From Bacillota bacterium (lineage in GTDB: Bacteria > Bacillota > Sulfobacillia > Fermentithermobacillales > Fermentithermobacillaceae): a stretch of DNA of 64,000 nucleotides. Under the pieces are notes generated by a model. The model did not search any database. It saw nothing but the letters and a program-made list of their open reading frames with translations, and was not told where the DNA came from. A program made the translations under genes and the position numbers. The DNA lies in NCBI GenBank assembly GCA_050260675.1, contig JBLNCN010000005.1, positions 109,347 through 173,346 on the forward strand. Direction: 5' to 3'. Below, in pieces: positions 19,279 through 28,630 of the stretch; position 1 is the first letter of the stretch, and each line of letters begins with the position of its first letter.

Positions 19279-19764
19279 CTATTCCGGGTCTCCCTGGCCG
19301 GCGTCCCGTAGGGCCGTACGGATCGCTTCGTATCCGAAACCGCGCCTTTCGAGCCACCGGGCTAGCCTCACTCGTTCTTTGTCTGTCAATGGGACCGGGT
19401 TTTTCCCGTCCATGTACTTCCGGACTGCTTCTCTGGCCAAAGCCTCTTCAGATGTGCCGTCATAGGACTCGGCCGTTACGGCTTGCGCCAGGTCTTCATC
19501 GACCATTCGCTTGCGGAGCTCGTAGAGCGCCCGCCGCCGCCCAATTGGGCACGGTGCCTTTACGGCCTCCAGCACGTCCTTAGCGTATCCCTGGTCGTCC
19601 AGATAGCCCCACAGAGTCAGCTTCGCTATGCAAGCATCCGACTCACTCTCTGTGAATCCCTTGCGGGCCATTAGGTCCTTCATCTTCCCGCTGGACACGC
19701 GCCGGCGGCTGAGGACCCGGAGAGCGTAGTCCAGAGGACGCTTCTCTCCGTTCAGTTGGCCCAT
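19279..19764 (-). CDS. recX: Regulatory protein RecX
   Basis: Directly after recA; ALRVLSRR...GYLDDQGYA...LERRGFGYEAIR. Confidence 0.88.
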   Translation of the reverse strand: MGQLNGEKRPLDYALRVLSRRRVSSGKMKDLMARKGFTESESDACIAKLTLWGYLDDQGYAKDVLEAVKAPCPIGRRRALYELRKRMVDEDLAQAVTAESYDGTSEEALAREAVRKYMDGKNPVPLTDKERVRLARWLERRGFGYEAIRTALRDAGQGDPE

Positions 19765-19765
19765 C

Positions 19766-20800
19766 CTAGACTTCTGAGTCTACCTGGTCGGCGGCGCTTT
19801 CGACCTTCAGGGCCCCCGACTGCAGGTAGTCCCGGATCCTCTTCTCGATCTCGTCCCGCAGATCCGGGTGTTCCTTCAGATAGGCTCGGGCGGCTTCCTT
19901 GCCTTGACCAAGCCTGGTTTCCCCGAACCCGTACCACGTACCTGTACGGGTGATGACGTTGTTGGCGACGCCGACATCCAGGAGCGAGCCTTCCTTGGAT
20001 ACGCCTTCGCCGTAGATGATATCGAACTCAGCCTGCTTGAAAGGGGGCGCCAACTTGTTCTTGACGACCCTCACCCGCGTGCGAGCGCCGATGGATTCCT
20101 GCCCTTGCTTGATGTTGTCGATCTTCCGGACGTCGAGCCTTACTGACGCGTAGAACTTCAGCGCCCTTCCGCCCGGCGTCACCTCCGGGTTGCCGAACAT
20201 TACTCCAACTTTTTCACGGAGCTGGTTGATGAAGATCGCCGTTGACTTCGACTTGGATATGACTGCGGTGAGTTTTCTGAGCGCTTGCGACATGAGACGG
20301 GCCTGAAGGCCGACGTGGGCGTCACCCATCTCTCCTTCAAGCTCGGCTCTGGGCGCAAGGGCGGCGACTGAGTCGACCACAATGCACTCAACAGCCCCGG
20401 ACCTGACCAGGGCGTCAACTATCTCGAGCGCCTGTTCTCCCGTATCCGGCTGGGATATGAGGAGGTTGTCGACATCGACGCCAATCCTTCTGGCGTAGAC
20501 GGGGTCCAGAGCATGCTCGGCATCTATGTAGGCCGAGATGCCGCCCGCCCTCTGGGACTCCGCTATAATGTGGAGAGCCACGGTTGTCTTGCCGGAACCT
20601 TCAGGACCGTATATCTCGATGATCCTGCCCCGCGGGACTCCGCCCGCCCCAAGCGCGATATCCAGTGCCAGGGCGCCTGTGGGGATAACGTCCGTTGTCA
20701 TCTTCGCGGCAGCTTCTCCCCACCGCATGATCGAGCCTTTGCCGAACTGTTTCTCTATTTGTGCGACTGCAAGCTCGAGCGCTTTGTCTTTTTCGAGCAT
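19766..20800 (-). CDS. recA: Recombinase A
   Basis: [50 protein letters not shown]; ATG 20800 after GGGAGG. Confidence 0.99.
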   Translation of the reverse strand: MLEKDKALELAVAQIEKQFGKGSIMRWGEAAAKMTTDVIPTGALALDIALGAGGVPRGRIIEIYGPEGSGKTTVALHIIAESQRAGGISAYIDAEHALDPVYARRIGVDVDNLLISQPDTGEQALEIVDALVRSGAVECIVVDSVAALAPRAELEGEMGDAHVGLQARLMSQALRKLTAVISKSKSTAIFINQLREKVGVMFGNPEVTPGGRALKFYASVRLDVRKIDNIKQGQESIGARTRVRVVKNKLAPPFKQAEFDIIYGEGVSKEGSLLDVGVANNVITRTGTWYGFGETRLGQGKEAARAYLKEHPDLRDEIEKRIRDYLQSGALKVESAADQVDSEV

Positions 20801-20850
20801 CACAAAACCTCCCAAGAGTCGCCACTCCCCTGGCAGTACCTTCCTTAGAA

Positions 20851-20859
20851 AGTATACCA
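20851..20859 (-). promoter_or_regulatory. Extended -10 element upstream of recA
   Basis: TG-G-TATACT on the minus strand; no canonical GAAC-N4-GTTC LexA box seen nearby. Confidence 0.4.
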
Positions 20860-20953
20860 TTGGCCTGCCTAACTCACAATCGGAGAAGTCTCCCTGATAG
20901 GCGGCGTTTTCCGTCGCAAGAGCGCCTCTGCCCGGCCGCTGACGCCGGGATGG

Positions 20954-21592
20954 TCAGCTCTTGCCGCTCAGATGCACGGTCCCTCTTGCGGTGTATGATG
21001 GTCCTCCGGGGGCCAACACGCTTTCCATGAGCAGCATCTCTGCCGCATCCCACTGCTCCGGACTGCCGCTCTCGCTCACGTAGGCGGAGTAGGCGGCCCG
21101 CCACTCGGCCGCCGTATCTTCCCCGGGGCGTGCCTGCCTGTCTCTCGCTCTACCCAGCGTGATGTGGGCGACAAATGGCTTGTCGGGCCTATACCCCGCA
21201 GCCGAGAGGGCGCCGTTCACCTTGGCCGCCAGCACAGACAGTTCCTGCTTTCCGGGTCCTATCGAGATATGAAGTATCCTGGGCGCCCCATGTTCCGGAA
21301 ATGAGCCGGAGCCCCCCAAACCCAGTCGGAAAGGCGGCACACTTGCTGCAGCGTCATTTAACGTCTTCATCAGGAAGGGAATCTTCGCCCGCTCCACGTC
21401 TCCAAGAAACTGCAGGGTGATGTGCAGGTTCTGAGCGGCCCCGAACCTGTACCCCGGAAACGCCGGCTTCGCACGACTCATGAACGCAGCCAGGAATTGC
21501 TTGGCTCCGGCGGGCAGGGGCACAGCCACGAAGCAACGGAAGACCGGCCCGAGGGCCCCGGCCGTCAACGGAGTCCCCTCACTGTGGTCCAA
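20954..21592 (-). CDS. thpR: RNA 2',3'-cyclic phosphodiesterase (2H family, ThpR/LigT)
   Basis: Two HxT motifs (LHITL, AHITL), FVAV, YT near the C-terminus. Confidence 0.88.
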   Translation of the reverse strand: MDHSEGTPLTAGALGPVFRCFVAVPLPAGAKQFLAAFMSRAKPAFPGYRFGAAQNLHITLQFLGDVERAKIPFLMKTLNDAAASVPPFRLGLGGSGSFPEHGAPRILHISIGPGKQELSVLAAKVNGALSAAGYRPDKPFVAHITLGRARDRQARPGEDTAAEWRAAYSAYVSESGSPEQWDAAEMLLMESVLAPGGPSYTARGTVHLSGKS

Positions 21593-22806
21593 AGCATGTA
21601 CAGGGCTCTCTGAGATGCGTATTGCTTCACGGCCGCCCGGCTTCCACCGTACACCTGGCGGTCTACGGTCACGCCGTCCGCGCTTGCCACGGCCGTGTAG
21701 ACCGTGCCTACTGGCTCGTCGGGCGTGCCGCCGTCGGGGCCGGCGAACCCTGTGGTAGCGAGTCCGATCTTGGCGCCTGCCAGCGTCTTGACCCCGAGTG
21801 CCATGTCCCGGGCGACGTCGGCGCTCACCGCGTCGTTTTTCCGCACCGCTTCGCCGGAGACTCCGAGGCAGGTCACTTTCACCGCCGGGTCGTAAGCAAC
21901 GACGCCCATCCTGAAGTAGCGGGAGCTGCCGGGTACGAGGGTCACCCGGTGAGCGATGAGGCCTCCGGTCACCGACTCGGCGATGGCCAGCGTGAGCCCC
22001 TTCTTGGCTAAGAGGTCGCCGCAGACTGACTCCAGGGTGGCGTCGCCGGTCCCGTACACGTACTCCTGAAGGCGAGACCGGACTTCGGCCTCAACCCTGT
22101 CCAGCATGGCCGTTGCTTCCTTTGGGGACTGGGATTTGGCCGCTATCCTGAGCCTCACTTCGCCGGATCCGGCATAGGGCGCCAGCGTCGGGTTAGAACA
22201 CCGCATGAGGTCCCTCACGACCTCCCCCACCCTGGATTCGCCGATCCCGACCAGCTTCAGGTCCCTGCAGTGAAGCGGCGCAAGGTGCGGGAATTGGCTG
22301 GATATGAGGGGCAGGACTTGGTCCTGGAGCATGGGGATCATCTCGCGGGGCGGTCCCGGAAGGATTGCCGCTACTTTGCCGTCCGTTACCACGGCTTGGC
22401 CGGGGGCCGTGCCGTTGAAGTTGCGCAGGGCCATCCCGCCTTCGATGATCATGGCCTGCTTTCTATCGGATTCGGTGGGAGCGCGGCCGCGGCGCTCGAA
22501 CCAGCTCCGGGTCCAGCTCCAGGCGGTCTCGTCAAAGACTAGTTTGCGGCCCATGGCCACTGCCAGGGCTTCCGCCGTCAAGTCGTCGTCGGTTGGTCCT
22601 AGACCGCCCGTAGCTATAACGACGTCGGCGCGCCCCAGAGCTTCGCTGAACGAAGCCTGGAGACGCGCCATGTTATCCCCAACCGTAACCCTTCTGTATA
22701 CATCGATGCCCGCTTCTTTCAGGCGGGCCGATATCTCCTGAGCATTAGTGTCGGTTATCTCACCCAAGAGGAGTTCGGTACCGACCGAAAGGACCTCCGC
22801 GTGCAA
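21565..22806 (-). CDS. cinA: Competence/damage-inducible protein CinA (MoeA-like plus PncC domain)
   Basis: SVGTELLLGEITDTN, TGGLGPTDDD, LPGPPREM, AESVTGG, TTGFAGP. Confidence 0.95.
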   Translation of the reverse strand: MHAEVLSVGTELLLGEITDTNAQEISARLKEAGIDVYRRVTVGDNMARLQASFSEALGRADVVIATGGLGPTDDDLTAEALAVAMGRKLVFDETAWSWTRSWFERRGRAPTESDRKQAMIIEGGMALRNFNGTAPGQAVVTDGKVAAILPGPPREMIPMLQDQVLPLISSQFPHLAPLHCRDLKLVGIGESRVGEVVRDLMRCSNPTLAPYAGSGEVRLRIAAKSQSPKEATAMLDRVEAEVRSRLQEYVYGTGDATLESVCGDLLAKKGLTLAIAESVTGGLIAHRVTLVPGSSRYFRMGVVAYDPAVKVTCLGVSGEAVRKNDAVSADVARDMALGVKTLAGAKIGLATTGFAGPDGGTPDEPVGTVYTAVASADGVTVDRQVYGGSRAAVKQYASQRALYMLWTTVRGLR

Positions 22807-22824
22807 GCTCCCACCTCCGCGATT

Positions 22825-24375
22825 CTAGCCTCGCGCCGAGGATTCTAGCCTGCTACCCGCTTTTCCTCTGTATGCGGGCAGTTTGCGCCACTTCCAGTCG
22901 AGGCCGCCGGCCGTAAGAAGCCTGCGGAGATCGCTACCTGAGATAGACTCCTTCTCGACCAGGACACCGGCCACGTCCCCGAGCGCCTGCCTGTTCTTCC
23001 GCAGGATCTCCGCGGTCTTCTTCTGGCATGCCTCAAGGATCTCCCTGGTCGCCTTGGCAAGGGCGTCTGGGCTGGCAGTGTCCCGGTCGACCACTCCCAA
23101 CGGCGACATCCCGTAGGACACGATGCGTTTGGCCAGGTCCAGCGCTCTCTCAAAGTCGTTTGACGCTCCGGTGCTGCGGGAGCCCAACACAAGGTCTTCC
23201 GCAAGCGCGCCGGCCACCAGGATCGAGATCTCGTCTTCCATGACTTCACGCGGGTACACGTACATATCGTCCTTCGGGTTGTGCCTCACGAAGCCCAGCG
23301 CGTTCCCACGCGGCGACACGGTCACCTGGGCGACGGTTCCGGGCCTTAGAGTCTCTGTCGCGATGGCGTGCCCTGCCTCGTGCAGGGCGATCCTGTGGAC
23401 CTCGTCCTTGGTCGGGCGGCGCTCCAGCTTCTCACCCATAAGCACCTTATCCAGCGCCTCTTCCAGGTCATCCCTGTCGATGCGCTCCGCACCCCTTCGG
23501 AGGGCGTGGATGGCCGCCTCGTTGCAGAGGCTCTCCAGGTGGGCGCCTGACAGCCCGAACGTCTCCTGCGCCAGTTCGTCCATGTCCACGCCGGGAGCAA
23601 GGGGCTTGTTACGGAGGTGGAGCTTCAGGATCTCTTTGCGCCCATCCTTGTCAGGCAGGTCGACCTTGACTTGCCTATCAAAGCGGCCAGGCCTCTGAAT
23701 AGCGCTATCGAGCAGGTCCGGCCGGTTGGTCGCCCCGACTATCAGGATTCGCACGTCGTCGTCGAACCGGAGGCCGTCCATCTCAACCAGCAACTGGTTC
23801 AGGGTCTGGTCGTATTCCAGGTGGCCCACCTGTGAGCCGCGTCTTCCCGCCAGCACCTCTATCTCGTCGATGAAGATGATGGCGCCTGTCTTCTTCTGCT
23901 CTCTGGCCAGTTTCCTTGCCCTTTCAAAGAGATCCCGTACTCTCTGGGCTCCCAGGCCAGCATAGACCTCTATGAACTCGGAGCCCGACGCCGATATGAA
24001 CGCCGAGTCGGTATAGTTGGCGGCGGCTTTGGCCAGGAGGGTCTTCCCTGTTCCGGGCGGCCCGGAGAGCAGTATGCCCTTGAGGGGCCGAATGCCCAGT
24101 TTCTTTGCTTGGTCGAAGCTCTTGAGGAACTGCAAGGCCTCCATGAGCTCCCGCTTTGCGACGGACTGCCCGCCTACGTCTCCGAAAGTTATTTCCGGCC
24201 GCTGGGCTACTACGGCTCCCACCCGCCTCTTTCCCATCTCACCGAGATGGCCGCGGGACATGAACAGAAAGTACCCCAAGAGCGCCAGCAGGAGATACGG
24301 CAAGAGGTTCGCGCCCAGGTACGTGAGGAACACTATGATGCCTGCTCCGACTCCGATCAATAGCTCCAGTTTCAC
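22825..24375 (-). CDS. FtsH-like membrane AAA+ zinc metalloprotease paralogue
   Basis: N-terminal hydrophobic segment, GPPGTGKT, IIFIDE, ATNRPDLLD...RPGRFDR, HEAGH zinc motif, STGASND. Confidence 0.88.
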   Translation of the reverse strand: MKLELLIGVGAGIIVFLTYLGANLLPYLLLALLGYFLFMSRGHLGEMGKRRVGAVVAQRPEITFGDVGGQSVAKRELMEALQFLKSFDQAKKLGIRPLKGILLSGPPGTGKTLLAKAAANYTDSAFISASGSEFIEVYAGLGAQRVRDLFERARKLAREQKKTGAIIFIDEIEVLAGRRGSQVGHLEYDQTLNQLLVEMDGLRFDDDVRILIVGATNRPDLLDSAIQRPGRFDRQVKVDLPDKDGRKEILKLHLRNKPLAPGVDMDELAQETFGLSGAHLESLCNEAAIHALRRGAERIDRDDLEEALDKVLMGEKLERRPTKDEVHRIALHEAGHAIATETLRPGTVAQVTVSPRGNALGFVRHNPKDDMYVYPREVMEDEISILVAGALAEDLVLGSRSTGASNDFERALDLAKRIVSYGMSPLGVVDRDTASPDALAKATREILEACQKKTAEILRKNRQALGDVAGVLVEKESISGSDLRRLLTAGGLDWKWRKLPAYRGKAGSRLESSARG

Positions 24376-24917
24376 CGGGTGACGCCTCCTCCCGCAAGGT
24401 CAAGGGACCGGTTATCCAGCACGCGGTACAGGTACCGGTCTCCCGACTCGATTTGGACGTAGATCCTTTCCTGATCGACGGTGATCTTGTAGCCGGTCGC
24501 TCCCGAGGAATCCAGGATCGGTTCGCATGCCTCTATCATGGCCCCGAAGTTTCCTCTTACCGAGGCTTCTTCCAAATAGTAATGGATGGCGCTGTACACC
24601 TCTTGAAGGGCCTCGTCACGCTGGTCCTTTACCTTCAGCGTGAAAGCGCCTTCGGCCACCTTGTCCGAGATTACGGCGTGAAGGCGCGTGTAGGCGACGG
24701 AGAGGTCGGCCACTCTCGAAAGGGTTACCTCGACGACCTCCAGTCCCCCGTCTTTGTGAATGCGGACGTCGGACACATCCGGGTCCGCGAGCAGCGCTCT
24801 CTCAAGCGGCTTCTTCACGCCCATGCTCTCGTACGAGTAATAAGCAAGGCTCAGGACGGCCAGTGTGAGGACCGCCGACAGGGCGATTACTTCCCACCTG
24901 AAACCTCTCCTAGGCAT
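24372..24917 (-). CDS. Hypothetical protein with N-terminal TM segment, coupled to the FtsH-like gene
   Basis: ATG 24917 after AGGAG; stop overlaps next start (GTGA). Confidence 0.7.
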   Translation of the reverse strand: MPRRGFRWEVIALSAVLTLAVLSLAYYSYESMGVKKPLERALLADPDVSDVRIHKDGGLEVVEVTLSRVADLSVAYTRLHAVISDKVAEGAFTLKVKDQRDEALQEVYSAIHYYLEEASVRGNFGAMIEACEPILDSSGATGYKITVDQERIYVQIESGDRYLYRVLDNRSLDLAGGGVTR

Positions 24918-25006
24918 TCTCACGACTCCTAACATAGAGCCCGCACATAGCTGGGCCCAAGATGAACAGCGCTTATCACGGGAAACTCCAAGACGAAGTT
25001 GACATA

Positions 25007-25015
25007 ATTATACCA
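25007..25015 (-). promoter_or_regulatory. Extended -10 promoter element for the hypothetical-ftsH-like-cinA-thpR-recA run
   Basis: TG-G-TATAAT on the minus strand in an AT-richer intergenic stretch. Confidence 0.55.
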
Positions 25016-25072
25016 ACAGTCCTCGGGGACTTCTAAGGTAATAGGTGGGGTAATTGCCTGCTACAGGCCCGT

Positions 25073-26434
25073 TTATGAGGGTTGGGGCTTATCCTCGGCG
25101 GAGGCGAACAGGTCCAGGACGCCCGCCCTGTGGACCCGGACATCGAGGAACGCATCCGTTGGCGGGACCCCGGGGGCACGGAGCCGGACGTAGGTGCGGC
25201 CATCGACTTCAGGTGCCTGGTGCGGTCCCCTGGCGACATAGTATCCGGGCCTCACCGAAGGCTTTACAAGGATAACGGGGATCTCGCTTCCGATCAGCGA
25301 CTTGCTGTTTACCCTGGCAAGCTCCAGCCCGTACCGGCGGATCGCTTCTGCCCTCTCCCGGGCGACGGACGCGGGGACGGGATCCGGGAGGCTAAAGGCC
25401 GGCGTGCCTTCCTCGTTGGAGTAAGGGAACACGCCTACGCGGTGGGCGCCCATGGCTGACAGAAGGTCTTTTACCTGATCGAGGTCCTTCTCAGTCTCAC
25501 CTGGGAACCCCGTGATGATGGTGGTGCGGACGAAAAGGCGAGGTACGGCAGTCCTTAGCGTCTCTACGGCTTTCAGGATCTGATCGGGCCCGGGCCTTCC
25601 CATGAGTCTCAGTATCTTGCCCGAACCGTGCTCGGCGGGCAGGTCGACGTAGGGCGCGACCTTGTGGTGAGCCATCGCTTCCGCCAATTCCGGCGTCACC
25701 CCGTCGGGGCGAAGGTACAGAAGGCGCACCCAGGCGAGGTCTCGGATCTTGACCAGTTCCCGCACCAGGGCAGCGAGCTGCCTGCCTGATCCCCAGTCGC
25801 TCCCGTAGTCCGTGAGGTCCTGAGCGATGAGGTTGAGCTCCCGTACTCCGGCTTTCACCAGAGAGCGGGCCTCGGCGACGACGTCCTGGACAGGTCTGGA
25901 TTGAAGGCTTCCGCGCATGCTGGGGATAGCGCAGTACGTGCAGTGGTGCCTGCACCCTTCGCTCACCCTAAGGTACGCCCAGGTCTGCCCCGGTGACAGC
26001 AGCTGGCGCCTGCCGAGCCCTCCCGGGGCGCCTCTCCCCGGCTCACCCACCAGGTTAACCTTCTTGCCTTCCAGCGCCGTCTTTACAATCTCGACAATAT
26101 CTCTTGGGGCGCCGGTCCCTGCAACGCCGGCTATCTCCGGGATTCCCTTCACGAGGTCCTGGGGGTAACGTTGGGAAAGGCATCCGGTTACCACCACGGG
26201 CGCCCGTCCTTCCCCTTCCTTGACCAGTTGGCACGCCGCCAGGATGCCCTGTATCGACTCTTTCTTCGCGTCCTCAATAAACCCGCAGGTATGGACCACA
26301 ACGACGTCTGCCGACGCAGCGTCGGGTGTGAGAGAGTAGCCGGCTTCGCGGAGCCTCTCGGCCATCTCCTCGGCGTCAACCTGGTTCTTGGCGCAACCGT
26401 AGACGACAATGCAGCACTTTGGGGTTCTATCCAT
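25073..26434 (-). CDS. rimO: Ribosomal protein S12 methylthiotransferase RimO
   Basis: GCAKNQVDAE, HTCGFIEDAKKES, TGCLSQRY, SEGCRHHCTYCAIP, GPHQAPEVDG (TRAM domain). Confidence 0.95.
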   Translation of the reverse strand: MDRTPKCCIVVYGCAKNQVDAEEMAERLREAGYSLTPDAASADVVVVHTCGFIEDAKKESIQGILAACQLVKEGEGRAPVVVTGCLSQRYPQDLVKGIPEIAGVAGTGAPRDIVEIVKTALEGKKVNLVGEPGRGAPGGLGRRQLLSPGQTWAYLRVSEGCRHHCTYCAIPSMRGSLQSRPVQDVVAEARSLVKAGVRELNLIAQDLTDYGSDWGSGRQLAALVRELVKIRDLAWVRLLYLRPDGVTPELAEAMAHHKVAPYVDLPAEHGSGKILRLMGRPGPDQILKAVETLRTAVPRLFVRTTIITGFPGETEKDLDQVKDLLSAMGAHRVGVFPYSNEEGTPAFSLPDPVPASVARERAEAIRRYGLELARVNSKSLIGSEIPVILVKPSVRPGYYVARGPHQAPEVDGRTYVRLRAPGVPPTDAFLDVRVHRAGVLDLFASAEDKPQPS

Positions 26435-26505
26435 AGCTTGTCTATCTTACACCCCTGCGTGCGAGGGGACAAGGCGAACGGTTTCCTGTAGCCTCTCACG
26501 CTTTG

Positions 26506-26577
26506 GGGCAAGACTCGCACCTAGGGCAAGATTCGCACTTAGGGCAAGACCGGCGCTTAGGGCAAGACTCGCACAAG
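26506..26577. repeat. 4 x 18-bp tandem repeat (GGGCAAGACTCGCACTTA consensus)
   Basis: Units at 26506, 26524, 26542, 26560; overlaps the feoA stop. Confidence 0.9.
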
Positions 26578-26838
26578 GACCGATTCGGTGAGGTCTCTCG
26601 ACAGGGCCACTCGGGCGCCCCCCACCCTGACAACGGCCGATCCCAAGGGCCCGGTAGATCCCGTCCTCTCCATAGGTTGGCCCTGAAAGATCCCCAACTC
26701 TTCGAGTCGCAGAAGCGAGGGTTTCCAAACCCGATCGGGCAGGCGCGCAGGCCTTAGCACCCGGACGACCACCAGGGGGACGCCTTTGGGCGCCGAGGAC
26801 AGCCGGGTCAGCAGGGTTCCGCCATTACGGGAGCACAA
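26557..26838 (-). CDS. feoA: Ferrous iron transport protein A (FeoA, SH3-like)
   Basis: RLEELGIFQG...GPLGSAVVRVGGARVALSRD, a typical FeoA pattern; adjacent to feoB. Confidence 0.75.
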   Translation of the reverse strand: MCSRNGGTLLTRLSSAPKGVPLVVVRVLRPARLPDRVWKPSLLRLEELGIFQGQPMERTGSTGPLGSAVVRVGGARVALSRDLTESVLVRVLP

Positions 26839-28570
26839 GGTTCAGCAGGGCTCCCCATCCCGTGAAAAGACAAGTCGACGCCAGCACAGTGGCTATGACT
26901 GCCCCCGGGCCCTGCTCACGCCACAACGTCACCACGGAGGGCAGACAAGGGAATCCCAGCACGACCATGGTTACGGCGATGGTGGCTTCGCGCGGAGTGA
27001 GGGACTGCTGGAGGAGGAACAGCGGAGCCAGGTATCGTTGCAGCATGGTCAGCAGTACCCCGAGTAGGGCCTGGGCGGGGATTCCGAATACGTCCCGGGA
27101 GAGGCCGGATATGCGGCCTTCGGGCAGGACGCCTCCAGCCACCGCTATCCTTATGGCGACGTTCAGCAAGACAACCAGCGGCAACACGTGGGTGAAAAAG
27201 CCCGAGAGCCGAAGGTGCGTTTTCATGAGCACGTTGCGGAAAGCCGGGAGGCGGAGCGGAGGCAGTTCCAGCACAAGTGGGTCTTTGGAGCTTCCCCCCA
27301 TATTGAGGACCTTTGACAGTGCCACGGCGGACACGCCCAGAGCCACGCACGGGACCAGCGGGCTTCCACCGAAACGCGCAAGCGTCGCCCAGGCTAACGA
27401 GACAGTCGCTGTGCAGGGGACCAGGGCTGCGATGAGGACAGAGGCGGCGCGGCGCGATCTCTTCGACGGGAGTATCCTGGCTGCCAGGAGCCCGGGCACC
27501 CGGCAACCAAACCCAAGCATGAATGGGATAAGCGCCTGGCCTGGGAGGCCCACGACGCCGAACAGCGAGTCGCCCATAGCGGCGTACCTTGCCAGGAGGC
27601 CGGTGTCCTCCAGAAACGCCATGAGGGAGTAGGTGACGGCCATGGCCGGAAGCACCGTGGCCAGCGGAAGCACAAGCCCTTCGGCGAGAGACTCCGCGAG
27701 GACCGGTGACAGGCGGCTTTGGGGAAGCGCGGCGTAGAGGAACCTTGAGAGGTACATCCTGAGAGGACTAAGCAGAAGGCGAACGCCCGATTCCGCCCAG
27801 GGCAGGGCCCATGCCATGAGCATCCATGCCCCTGCGAGGACCGCGCCAAGCGCCAGATGGGCCCACAGCGGGTGGTCAAGGGCTCTTTCAATCGCATCGG
27901 CGCGGTGGATATTCGGGAACACGCCGGCCGGCCTTCGGGAGGCGCGTCCTATGCCTTCCGGTGCGAGGGCCGGCTGGAGCGCCGCCTTTGCGATTTCCGA
28001 CGCCTTCCGCTGCAGTTCCTGAAGGTTGGGCGGCTCCGGCGGCCAGCTGCAGGCGGCCCTTACCTGTTTCCCACAGGTTTTGACCGGCTTTCCACAGGTC
28101 TTCAGGATAGCGCCGGCAAGCTGCAGCATCCCCTCCCCCGTCGCCGCCGACGTGAGGACCACCGGGAGCCCCAGGAACTCTTCCAGACGGCCCGCGTTTA
28201 CGTCCCAGCCTGTGTCTCGGAGACGATCAATGCAGTTTACGGCCACGATCGTGGGGATACCGCAGTCTTTCAGGGAGAGTGTCAGAGAGAGGTGTCGCGC
28301 CAGGTTAGACCCGTCAACCACGTTGACGACAAGGTCCACGCCGCCCCCCGAAAGCACGTCCCAGGTTACCTTCTGCTCCAACGTAACGGCGTGGAGGGAG
28401 TATATGCCCGGCGTATCCAGGATTCTATGGCCGGACTGGGGCAGGAGGCCTGAGCACAGTTCCACAGTGGTGCCCGGGTAGTTGGATGTAACCACCCGGG
28501 CTCCGGTAAGGCGGCTCAGGACCGCGCTCTTGCCGCTGTTAGGCTGGCCGACCAGGGCGACCAACATCAT
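26825..28570 (-). CDS. feoB: Ferrous iron transport protein B
   Basis: GQPNSGKS, NYPGTTVE, DTPGIYSL, VVDGSNL, gate motifs FLEDTGLLAR and GFGCRVP, LELP. Confidence 0.9.
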   Translation of the reverse strand: MMLVALVGQPNSGKSAVLSRLTGARVVTSNYPGTTVELCSGLLPQSGHRILDTPGIYSLHAVTLEQKVTWDVLSGGGVDLVVNVVDGSNLARHLSLTLSLKDCGIPTIVAVNCIDRLRDTGWDVNAGRLEEFLGLPVVLTSAATGEGMLQLAGAILKTCGKPVKTCGKQVRAACSWPPEPPNLQELQRKASEIAKAALQPALAPEGIGRASRRPAGVFPNIHRADAIERALDHPLWAHLALGAVLAGAWMLMAWALPWAESGVRLLLSPLRMYLSRFLYAALPQSRLSPVLAESLAEGLVLPLATVLPAMAVTYSLMAFLEDTGLLARYAAMGDSLFGVVGLPGQALIPFMLGFGCRVPGLLAARILPSKRSRRAASVLIAALVPCTATVSLAWATLARFGGSPLVPCVALGVSAVALSKVLNMGGSSKDPLVLELPPLRLPAFRNVLMKTHLRLSGFFTHVLPLVVLLNVAIRIAVAGGVLPEGRISGLSRDVFGIPAQALLGVLLTMLQRYLAPLFLLQQSLTPREATIAVTMVVLGFPCLPSVVTLWREQGPGAVIATVLASTCLFTGWGALLNLVLP

Positions 28571-28630
28571 GCTATCGCCTCGACAGTTGGGCCGCTAAGG
28601 GCCGCCGTCATGCGAGAGCTATGTATGCTG

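Noticed and set aside
20800-20950. LexA (Cheo) box upstream of recA
   Set aside because: No GAAC-N4-GTTC match was seen by eye.
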